Shown here: positions 14,268 through 25,710 of the stretch, in pieces
How positions within the stretch are numbered: the stretch's first letter is position 1
How the letters are laid out: each line of letters starts with the position of its first letter
Origin: Octopus vulgaris
Taxonomy: Eukaryota
DNA length: 64,000 nt
Reading direction: 5' to 3'
Assembly: GCA_951406725.2 (NCBI GenBank)
Contig: OX597828.1
Location: 51,398,001 to 51,462,000, forward strand
Notes under the pieces: generated by a model
What the model was told of the DNA's origin: nothing
Database searches by the model: none
Seen by the model: the letters and a program-made list of their open reading frames with translations, nothing else
Made by a program: the position numbers and the translations under genes

Positions 14268-14474
14268 TGTACTGGTGCAAGGTTAACACCACCCAGAACG
14301 CTCTAAAAATGTGGTTGGTATCAGGAAGGGTATCCGACCTTAGAAACCAAGCCACATCCATAATAAAAACCTCGTGCAACTCTTCTGCTTGCCGGCTTTG
14401 GACAAAACGTCCGACCCCATACCGGCATAGAAATCAGACGCAAAAGCATGATGATAAAGATGATCATGATGATA
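14268..14474 (+). mobile_element. Degenerate SINE/RTE-related 3' tail
   Basis: GGTATCAGGAAGGGTATCCGACC motif (resembles the GGAAGGGCATCC box of RTE-associated SINEs) and a (GAT)n-like tail. Confidence 0.5.
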
Positions 14475-15761
14475 CGTATATATAAAATCAGTACCTATGT
14501 GTATGGGTGTGTGATGATTTATATATAATTTATATACTGTAGCCTTTTAGCCAGAAATCAGTCAATAACACGTAAATTTGTTCTATTGATTCATGCACCA
14601 AATGCTTTTAGCTAGATGTTTTTTTCTTTTTTTTTTCAGAACAAAAGTTCTGATTATTGTCAGCTCAATCCCTGCTACTCGATAAAGATAAAAAAGAACA
14701 ACAACAACAAAAACTGTTCATTTCGATGTATGGATGTAGATCAGTAATGTATTTTAGAAACTATTTTTGCATCTTACATTTTATGTTTTCAGACTTTTAA
14801 TCGATTTTTTTTCTTTCTCTTTTTTAATTGCCCGTCCCCTAATATTGTAAAAATGTAACTTTTAACAGTAAAACTTCAGCGATTAAAAATTAAAGAAACC
14901 TGTTAGAAAACAAATCACATTTCGATGTAATATGAAAACGCTTATAAATAAAACATTCCAAAATGGCCTTAACTGAATAAAACAAAAATGATTTCTGAAA
15001 TTTCTCTATGCCATTTACTTAAAAATACGTAATGAAAATGTATATACGACAGAAAATAATCAATAAATTCGGTCTTGATAAATTTTTTTATGTAATTTCA
15101 TTTTTACTCAGCTTCTGGCATCTCTGGAATGTTTTCATTGGTTAAATTTAACGAATATTTTGAATAAATTTTCTTTGTTAGATATAACATCATCCATATG
15201 TATTTGTTGCATGACTTTCCCATGGCATTCCTAAATTATATTAAAATTTGTATATGTATATATATATATATATACATATATAAAAAGTGAATACATTTAT
15301 TTTATCAAATTCTAAAAAATAAAATATGTTTCTGTTGAGAACTGTAGGAAAGAATATTGGTTGTGAGGATAAAGGTGATTGTGATAATGTCGCTAAGAAT
15401 GATGATGACGACGACGACGACGACGACAGCGATGCTAACGACGACGCGGACGACGACGTCGATGATGGTGATGATGACATTGATGATGATTATGCTAATT
15501 TTCCCAGTAATCACAAGTTTACGAACAAATTCGTAAAACATTAACCGTTAAACAGGGTGCTTACTAAGGTGAGCAAATTGGATAAAGTTGTTCCATATGT
15601 AAGAGAGGTGTACTGAGAATCTTATATAATAGTGGGGTTAAAATTCATACATAAAAATACATAGAATAAGAAAATTGTTTGAAAAATAGAAATTCACTAA
15701 AAAAAAGATAAAATAACTAATACTGAAAAATATCCACTTATATTGAGATGTCACAGTACCT

Positions 15762-15981
15762 ATTTCTTTACTACCCACAAGGGACTAAACACAGAGAGGA
15801 CAAACAAGGACAGACAAACGGATTAAGTCAATTACATCGACCCCCAGTACGTAACTGGTACTCAATTTATTGACCCCGAAAGGATGAAAGGCAAAATCGA
15901 CCTCGGCGGAATTTGAACGGCAGACAAAATACGGCTACGCATTTTGCCCGGCGTGCTAACGATTCTGCCAGCTCGCCGCCT
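15762..15981 (-). mobile_element. tRNA-derived SINE family B (Meta-domain-like core)
   Basis: Reverse complement of GGCGGCGAGCTGGCAGAATCGTTAGCACGCCGGGC...TTGCCTTTCATCCTTTCGGGGTC...AAAGAAATA. TSD TCACAGTACCT at 15751 and 15982. Confidence 0.9.
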
Positions 15982-17598
15982 TCACAGTACCTCACAGTAC
16001 CTCAACTCTCTCATCATCTTCACTCTTTTGATACCTTCTGTCATGGTAGTGCGGCGTTAACCCCATGCGGCTCAGTCCAACGATCGTTATTGTTCTAATA
16101 TAGTATGCCACAAATGTGAACACTTAATCTGACATCTTTTTTTGTCTTGTCTATTCCATCTAGTTTTCACTAAACTATTAGCAATCCATCATCAATTGTG
16201 TTTCCGCATTCCTGTAATCATTTAGGTCAGTCATTGAAACTACATTTCTTTGTGAAGCGGTGTGAAATATAGAATTGGATTTTGATGGTATGCAACTCAG
16301 ATATTTTAATAGCCTTCAGCTTTCATCGATTTCCTTCTAACTTCGAGTTAATTTTTCTGTTAATGTGTTCTCTAGCACTGCACAATTCTTCTTCCTCCAT
16401 GCACTCAGCTATTCACAAGGTAATGATGTATCACTGCTGGGAAGGTGAGCATCTCCTTTCTGGTTGCTTGCTTCTTGTTTATCGTCTTATATAACTGAAG
16501 CCAGGGCGTATATTTTGACCATCGAAGTGATGTAATACTATCTGTGTGGTGTGTTAGTGTTGAATCTTTTAACAGGTGAAACAATGGAATGTTCCTGCTG
16601 GCTTTCAACATTACAAATAGACAGAAAAAGTCAGGTTAGCAAGTCTTTAACAAATTCACCCACTTTACCTACAAGAAAGAAGGAAAACATTTGCAGCTTT
16701 TTGAGTGGTATCTGCAAAAGGTCATAGTTTTCAAAATTCTCTCTTTGAAGACAATCCGCAAGCATTTCGTTAGCCAATAAAGAATAAAATAGAAATAGAT
16801 AAGATAGATAACCTATAATCTAAAGAAAATTTATGAACTTTTGGAAACTGAATTTGAAAAGAAAAATTAAAGTCGACTAGAGAAATAATTGCTCGTTAGA
16901 AACCTAAAACTTAAAAAAATAACTCCTCAAATATGGTAGTATATTAAACGAGACTGGAGGAAAAAGATTCTTAAGCTGAAAATACTAGGATTCACAAATC
17001 ACGACATATTAGCGGGTGGTGGTAGTCATTTATATTTTACTTGCTTCGGTTAATATACTGCGACCATGCTGTAGCATCCCTAAGTGCTTATTATTATTAT
17101 TTTTTTTTGCAAGCCCCGGTACTTATTCTTATCGATCTATTTTTGCTAAACCTTAAACATACAGGAACGTAAACACATTACCAGAAAATGTGTCGAGAGA
17201 CACTTTCTTTCGTTCATTCCCTTTCTCTCTCTATTTCTCTATTTCTCTCTCTCTCTCTCTTCTTCTCTCTCTCTCTCTATCTGTCGCATAACCCTGTATT
17301 CAAATATGATTAGAAGTAGCGCTGGTGTTGTATACTTTATCGAACACACATACTCAATGTATGTGCTTTGTTTGAGTATGTGTTCTATAATGCATATAAC
17401 ATACACGTATGCCGTTGGCGATTCCTTTTCCATCTTTGGACATTACCCTTGAACTCTTCTGGCTAAGAGGTATGCACAAAACATCAGACTCTCTCCTTTC
17501 ACGGAGCGTCAAGATAATATATTTCCTGCGTACGACCTCCCGCTGGTATTTTTCGTTTTATTTTTGTTTATTTGAATTGACTATAAATATATATATGT

Positions 17599-17904
17599 GG
17601 AGGCGCAATGGCCTAGTGGTTAGGGCAGCGGACTCGCGATCGTAGGATCGCGGTTTCGATTCCCAGACCGGGCGTTGTGAGTGTTTATTGAGCGAAAACA
17701 CCTAAAGCTCCACGAGGCTCCGGCAGGGGATGGTGGCGATCCCTGCTGTACTCTTTCGCCACAACTTTCTCTCACTCTTTCTTCTATTGGCCTGCTCGCT
17801 TACCCAGCGGGGTGGCGTCATTCGAAGGCTAAAACAATGCGAAACGCATTGTGACCAGCCATGTGTAACAACATCTGATGGCCTGGTCGGTCACGGTGAT
17901 CACG

Positions 17905-17909
<5 letters not shown>
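17599..17909 (+). mobile_element. tRNA-derived SINE family A, tail subtype 1
   Basis: Pol III A/B boxes TGGCCTAGTGG / GGTTTCGATTCC; tail ending (CACGGTGAT)2. Same subtype on the minus strand at 36655 and 51507. Confidence 0.9.
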
Positions 17910-17997
<88 letters not shown>

Positions 17998-18343
17998 GTA
18001 TCATTATTATTAGAATTATTAGGGAATATTACTTCCAAGTACACAGGAAAAAGACATTCAGATTAGATGTACTAAAATGATCATCTCTCAATGTTTAATT
18101 CGTATATGTAAAAGTAATTTTAGAGACAGAACCACCTTCAAGTAGTTTTGGCATTTATACATTTAGGCAGGTTTAAAGGGGTGGTGGTGGGGGACTTTTT
18201 TGGGGTAGACATGGCGCAAACTATCATTCTTAGGGGAGTGGTCAAAGGAATCGGTGTTAAAGTAGATAAAAGAATAAATAAAAGAATAAAAGAATAAATA
18301 GAAAAATAGAGTTTTAGGTAAATAAGGAGACTCTCACTTATAC

Positions 18344-18430
<87 letters not shown>

Positions 18431-18661
18431 CACCCATATACACATGTACATATGTACCCATATACATGTATCTACGTACACGCCCATACCCATACTCATA
18501 CATACACTTATATATGTCTACACACATATATATATATAAAAGGGGATATACACCCCCATACACACACGCTCCCATATCCATATATATATATATACATACA
18601 CATATATATACACACACCCATATACACATATATATACATACATACACATACATACCTATAC

Positions 18662-18696
<35 letters not shown>

Positions 18697-18796
18697 CACA
18701 CACACAATTATATATACACACACACATACATATGCATATACATGCGTGCATGTATATGCATATGTATGTGTGTGTGTATATATAATTGTGTGTGTG

Positions 18797-18827
<31 letters not shown>

Positions 18828-19074
18828 GTATAGGTATGTATGTGTATGTATGTATATATATGTGCATATGGGTGTGTGTATATATATGTGTATGTATATA
18901 TATATATATGGATATGGGAGCGTGTGTGTATGGGGGTGTATATCCCCTTTATATATATATATATGTTTGTAGACATATATAAGTGTATGTATGAGTATGG
19001 GTATGGGCGTGTACGTAGATACATGTATATGGGTACATATGTACATGTGTATATGGGTGTATGTGTGTATGTAT

Positions 19075-19483
19075 ACTCTTTTTACTCTTTTACTCTTTTA
19101 CTTGTTTCAGTCATTTGACTGCGGCCATGCTGGAGCACCACCTTTAATCGAGCAAATCGACACCGGGACTTATTCTTTTGTAAGCCCAGTACTTATTCTA
19201 TCGGTCTCTTTTGCCGAACCGCTAAGTAACAGGGAGATAAACACGCCAGCATCGGTTGTCAAGCAATGCTAGGGGGACAAACACAGACATACAAACACAC
19301 ACACGCATATATATACATATATACGACGGGCTTCTTTCAGTTTCCGTCTACCAAATCCACTCACAAGGCTTTGGTCAGCCCGAGGCTATAGTAGAAGACA
19401 TTTGCCCAAGGTGCCACGCAGTGGACTGAACCCGGAACCATGTGGTTGGTAAACAAGCTACTTACCACACAGCCACTCCTGCG

Positions 19484-19486
<3 letters not shown>
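19075..19486 (-). mobile_element. Full-length SINE family C
   Basis: Head AGGCGCAGGAGTGGCTGTGTGGTAAG...GGTTCAGTCC; tail (AGAGTAAA)n. Confidence 0.9.
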
Positions 19487-19564
<78 letters not shown>

Positions 19565-19776
19565 GTATAAGTGAGAGTCTCCTTATTTACCTAAAACTCT
19601 TTTTTTCTATTTATTCTTTTATTCTTTTATTTATTCTTTTATCTACTTTACCACCGATTCCTTTGACCACTCCCCTAAGAATGATAGTTTGCGCCATGCC
19701 TACCCCAAAAAGTCCCCCACCACTACCCCTTTAAACCTGCCTAAATGTATAAGTGCCAAAACTACTCTTGTCACCT

Positions 19777-19827
19777 AGCTTCCTGATGATTTCTTTTGAA
19801 TGAAACAGTTCTAGTCCTGTAGAAGCT
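19777..19827 (+). ncRNA. Type I hammerhead ribozyme (best candidate)
   Basis: Stem I AGCTTC/GAAGCT (6 perfect bp); core CTGATGA (19783-19789); stem II TTC-TTTT-GAA; GAAA (19802-19805); stem III ACAG/CTGT; GUA triplet, predicted cut after 19821. Confidence 0.8.
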
Positions 19828-20261
19828 CCTTCTATAAAATAAATTAATTTACTCTGCTATGTATTGAGTACCTTATTTACTGTGGTTAACCCCGACTCAA
19901 CCCGGGACCTACATATATTTATATACCCACATATATATGCATATAGGTATTCATACATTATTCCTACTATATGTGTATGTGCGTATCTGCGTAAGGCTGT
20001 GACCATATATATATACAAACGCATGCACCGACACACGCACATACTCACACGCGCTCACGCACGCACACTCACGGTCATGTGATGGTGTCATTGTGCGTAA
20101 AAATACTTTCGATGAAAATCCTTCCAAAACCAGACGTCTGGGATATCTTCTAAGAATTAAATGTCAGCTTCTATTTGCCATGACAATGCTTATCGTTATA
20201 GCAAACCAAGTGATAATGATCACAATATTAATTGGAAGGAATGTATTTTATTAACGTTAGC

Positions 20262-20510
20262 TTATTTACATTATTTACATTTGACGGTTATTTCTCCTCA
20301 TCATCTTTCTTGTTAACACAACGTTTCAGCTGATATACCCTCCACTTCAATTTCCTGATTAGGGAAATTTCGAACCCGTGTTCTCATTCCTTAGGTATTT
20401 TCCCCTGTTATTATCATTATCATTATTATTAATGTTCAGGTCACTGCTTGGAATCGAACTCGGAATCTTGGAGTTAGTAGCCCGCGCTCTTAACCACTAC
20501 GCCATATGCC
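20262..20510 (-). mobile_element. tRNA-headed SINE-like element with possible degenerate HHR 3' half
   Basis: Minus strand GGCATATGGCGTAGTGGTTAAGAGCGCGGGCTACTAACTCCAAGATTCCGAGTTCGATTCC (A/B boxes); later CAGCTGAAACGTTGTG; tail (ATGTAAATA)2. Confidence 0.6.
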
Positions 20511-20529
20511 GGTGGAGTGAATCAAAAAC

Positions 20530-21150
20530 TTTTCTATCTTTCATTAATACCGGTTTCCATATGCTGCTCATATCTGCACTCGGTTTGTTTAGGAGGTTGT
20601 TGTGTCCTAGTATATGTGCTGCTTCTTTTAGTTTTCGTATTTGCCGAATGTCTTCGCACAAATACTTCAAATACTTCGCTGCATATTTCTCGATTTACGG
20701 CCTGTTTCCTGGGCGACAAATTTTCGATGCACATCACCACATTTCCGAGTGTGACGCTCGTAGTACGGCTTCCATATTGCTCTTCACGTTCCAGCGACGT
20801 ACTTTAACTTTTGAAGCACTCGTGCCACAAACATTGTGCACGACCCATTGCTCCGTCTCCATAAGCTTGCTGAACCGCACTCAATGCTCTTGAAGCAGAG
20901 TTCCCATGTTTAACGCTAAGTTTCACGTTAAGCTATTTGTTCCAACTACGTGTCGATAATAAAATCGCACACAACAGCATAAATGCGATCACAAAAACTC
21001 ACATTTCGCAAGTTGCGTAGTAAATAGAGCGATGATGACAGTCGATAGACTGCTTCATGAACGTCACTGCTAGATCTTATTGCGCTCGCAGCCGTGTGCA
21101 ACTATCTGTTGGCGCGTTACGAAATTAGTCCGGGAACGTTTTGACTCGTC
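20530..21150 (-). mobile_element. Degenerate mariner fragment, same family as 1090-2386
   Basis: Reverse complement of 21050-21145 (CAAAACGTTCCCGGACTA...CTAGCAGTGACGTTCATGAAGCAGT) matches the TIR and 5' region at 1103-1197. Confidence 0.7.
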
Positions 21151-21832
21151 GGTTCCAAACAGTGCCAAATGCATTTCCATTTCTCTATTTACCCTATGAT
21201 AAATATTAATTTCTACTCAACGCACAAGGCCCGACATTTCGCCCGGCGTGCCAGCTCGGTGCCTTTCTATGGTAAATATTAAGATAGGTTTCCTTTTGTT
21301 CAACCACATTGAGAAACAAATTACAAGCTTGGTTGAACATCTGGTACTGTATATCTAAATATATCTGCATGTAAGTTATAACATATACTTTCTTGCAAGG
21401 AATCACAGGCAGACTCATATACATAAAACATACAAATGCTTGCATACACACAAACACATATGCATCTATACAGAATTATATTTTCGCACATATATTTATA
21501 AACATATATGCACACACATAAATATCTCTCACTATCTCTCGGGTGTATAAATGTATGTATGTGTATATATATATCCATGCATGTACGTATATATGTATAT
21601 GTATCATTGTATATAGGTAAGTGTGTATACATCTGACTTTTCCAAACCATTTATTTACTCCTACAATAATTCACAGTGTAAATTTCAAATCCAAAGGGAC
21701 TTTAAAAAAACGTTTCAAAGGATATATATATATATATGTGTGTGTGTGTGTATGGATATATACATATATGTGTGTATATATATATATATAAATATATATA
21801 TATATATGTATGTATATATATTTATATATATG

Positions 21833-21885
<53 letters not shown>

Positions 21886-21962
21886 ATATATGTATATATG
21901 TATATATATATGTATATATACATATATATATATGTATATATATGTATATATATATGTATATA

Positions 21963-22041
<79 letters not shown>

Positions 22042-22220
22042 GGAAAGGTTTTTTTAAAGTCTCTTTGAATTTGAAATTTACGGTGTGAATTATTGTAGGA
22101 GTAAATAAGAGGTTTGGAAAAGTCAGAAGTATACACACTTCTATATACACATATAATATACATATACTTACATATATACATATGTATATATAATATATAC
22201 ATATATATATATACATGCAT

Positions 22221-22272
<52 letters not shown>

Positions 22273-22286
22273 ATTATATATATATA

Positions 22287-22371
<85 letters not shown>

Positions 22372-22385
22372 TAGTAATATTTATA

Positions 22386-22478
<93 letters not shown>

Positions 22479-22639
22479 TATATATATATATATATATATA
22501 TTATATACCTTTGCAAACATTGCATGTCATATCGAATGCATTCGTGTGTGCACATTCAATTGGGATAGATGTTGCGTAGCTTATATGCAAGTGTATATAT
22601 ATATGTATATATACATATATATATATACATATATGTTAT

Positions 22640-22957
22640 ATTAAATTAGAGATAAAACCACTATTAGGCAAATCATACAATGAAAAACTTAAGCCAATAC
22701 ATAAGATTATTTAATTTATATTATTTAAATATATAACAAAATTATTAAAACAATATAATTAATATATCACTGCGATCGTTTCATGGCTGTTACTTTCTTT
22801 AAATTTTCGAGTTACAGTCAGTCATCAGGTGGTTTAAATATTTATCTTGGCGAGGTTTAATTTAATATAATATAATATAATATTTTACTATAAAATTGGA
22901 TTCAATCCTAAATCTGATTTTTCCCTGTAAGTTTGGATTTATTCCCTAATACTTATT

Positions 22958-22960
<3 letters not shown>
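22640..22960 (-). mobile_element. TA-embedded insert carrying an HHR
   Basis: Lies between TA-rich tracts. Ends resemble 41727-41815, 59346-59390 and 18005-18065. Confidence 0.6.
22767..22832 (-). ncRNA. Minimal type I HHR candidate, cleavage site mutated
   Basis: Minus strand CCAC-CTGATGA-C-TGACTGTAACT..AGTAACAGCCA-T-GAAA-CGATCG-CA-GTGA. Palindromic stem III; U16.1 replaced by C. Confidence 0.55.
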
Positions 22961-23022
<62 letters not shown>

Positions 23023-23210
23023 TTTGAAACGTTTTTTTAAAGTCCCTTTGAATTTGAAATTTACACTGTGAATTATTGTATCAAAGTATCAAAGTAAATA
23101 AAAGGTTTGGAAAAGTCAGAAGTATACACACTTACCTATATACAATGATACATATACATGTGTACGTACATGCATAGATATGTATATATACATATATATA
23201 TATATACGTA

Positions 23211-23289
<79 letters not shown>

Positions 23290-23290
23290 G

Positions 23291-23356
<66 letters not shown>

Positions 23357-23678
23357 CCTTTGCAAACGTTGCATGTCATATCGAATGCATTCGTGTGTGC
23401 ACATTGTATTGGGATAGATATTGCGTAGCTTATATGCAAGTGTACACTTACACAATGCAAATACATATATGCATGCATGTATATTTGTGCGTGGTGAGGA
23501 GCGTGTGGGCGCATGCATGTCTGTCTGCGAATATATATATATTTAATGTACCTTACAAGCCTTAAGCTCTCAGTAGCTAATTCCGTATGCGCAATAAATT
23601 GATATACATAGATACATACTTACATACACACATATGTATATACATGTGAATGTATATATTTATATATATATATGTATA

Positions 23679-23729
<51 letters not shown>

Positions 23730-24125
23730 GTAAGTATATATACATATATATATATATACACATGCACACACATATATTTATATGTATATATATATGTGTG
23801 TGTGTGTATGTAAATGTATACACAATATACAATTAACTTGCGGTTAAAATCCCATCATGAACTGTATCCTTCCAAAAGTAAGACATAAAAGAAATACAGA
23901 TGATAAGAAGCAAGCATATGTATATGTGCGCATAGGTGTGTGTGTATAAGCGTGAGCGTGGGTGTTTGTTAAAACTGTTTCGCCTGTAAGCACTTATAAT
24001 AGAGTGCTTGTGCATTGCCTTATAACAATGCCAACAATGGGACTTATGTTGGTATGTCTTCGCGAAATATTAGTACATATATGAGTTTGTGTGCACGTGC
24101 ATGCGTCTATATATATATATGTATG

Positions 24126-24157
<32 letters not shown>

Positions 24158-24324
24158 TTCATGTATGTATTTGTATATATATATGTGTGTATATACATAC
24201 ACACATACACATATATATATATATATATGCATTTATATTTGTGTATGTGTGTGTGTGGAGAGAGAGCGAAGCTATTATGCAGATAAACAGTATACATAAA
24301 CAAGTAAAGATTGATTGCCATCAT

Positions 24325-24656
24325 AACATAGCGGTCCTTGTTTATGACGAATGTTGCTGTAATTTAGCCCCAGGAGACATCGTCTCCAGCTGGCTATACG
24401 ACACGATCTGTGGCCTTATATTTTCGAACAAGGGAATCTAGCATCCCCACTCAGCTCAAAACTTTGTCTGTATATCGCGCTTTCCGGGTTAGTTACGTTA
24501 TCGCGATACACATATATTGTTTGTGCTGAGTGGGGGTGCTAGATTCCCTTGTTCGAAAATATAAGGGCAACAGATCGTGACGTATAGCCAGCTGGAGACG
24601 ATGTCTCCTGGGACCAAATTACAGCACCATTCGTCTTAAACAAGGACCGACATGTT
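24325..24656. mobile_element. Long-TIR MITE/foldback element
   Basis: CGGTCCTTGTTTA...CCCCACTCAGC (24332-24455) is near-perfectly complementary to GCTGAGTGGGGG...TAAACAAGGACCG (24525-24649). Confidence 0.7.
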
Positions 24657-24691
24657 GTGTTGGCACTCCATATATATACATATATATATAC

Positions 24692-24747
<56 letters not shown>

Positions 24748-25326
24748 AGTATATACACAAGTATATACTACAGCATGCGGTCTACGGTTCACTCTGGGTT
24801 CGGGATCCAACACAGTGAAGGTCCTGAGTGTGAAGTTATATAAAAAAATATACAAAAACGGGCTGAGATTCACCACACCTATTTCAGGCGTTTATTTTTT
24901 TTTCTGTTCATGAACAAAATAATTATTGGGTTGGTGCATAATTGTTGCGGCACTTTTTTCAACAAATTTTATTCAGCAAAAACAATAACAATATTTAACA
25001 ATACATAAGAGCTGTAACAGATTATCAGGGTTCCAAGATTATTGCCGAGACCGTAGTTACGGAGCCATTGCCGGTTTCCGACATAGCGTATTTATGACTG
25101 TTAACGGAGACAACAAACGTTAAGGCAAGGCAAACAACTCAAGGCATATACTTTATTATTGGAAACATTCAAAGTCTTACAGCTGTTTCTGCGATATCCC
25201 AGAAACACCTGTAAGACTTAGAAAATTTCAAAAAATAACAACGTAATGCGTTCCCTAAATGAAATGTTTTTATCGTTCGTGTGTATACTTATATTATTAT
25301 CGTTAGTGTGTATACTTATATTTTGT

Positions 25327-25710
25327 GGAGGCGCAATGGCCCAGTGGTTAGGGCAGCGGACTCGCGGTCGTAGGATTGCGGTTTCGATTCCCAGACCGGA
25401 CGTTGTGAGTGTTTATTGAGCGAAAACACCTAAAAGCTCCACGTGTCTCCGTCAGGGGATGGTGGTGATCCCTGCTGTACTCTTTCACCACAACTTTCTC
25501 TCACTCTTACTTCCTGTTTCTGTTGTACCTGTATTTCAAAGGGCCGGTCTTGTCACTCTCTGTGTCACGCTGAATCTCCCTGAGAACTACGTTAAGGGTA
25601 CACGTGTCTGTGGAGTGCTCAGCCACTTGCACGTTAATTTCACGAGCAAGCTGTTCCGTTGATTCGGATCAACCGGAACCCTCGTCGTCGTAACCGACGG
25701 AGTGCTTCCC
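25327..25710 (+). mobile_element. tRNA-derived SINE family A, tail subtype 2
   Basis: Same head as 17599 but a different 3' half (CTCTGTGTCACGCTGAAT...CGTAACCGACGGAGTGC). Highly similar to 54006-54387. Confidence 0.9.

Larger units (their letters stand above)
18141..19912 (+). mobile_element. HHR-bearing Penelope-like non-autonomous element with ~600-bp 5' inverted duplication
   Basis: 18141-18745 mirrors 18748-19766 apart from a SINE in the right arm. The right arm continues through the HHR (19777-19827) to the terminus GGTTAACCCCGACTCAACCCGGGACCTACATAT, which recurs inverted at 62771-62805. Confidence 0.7.

Noticed and set aside
15326-15544. Acidic poly-Asp ORF
   Set aside because: (GAT/GAC)n microsatellite with no splice or homology support.
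17599-17680. tRNA-like sequences here and at 20440, 25327, 54006
   Set aside because: They are SINE heads continuous with repeat bodies and lack a proper cloverleaf, so they are not tRNA genes.
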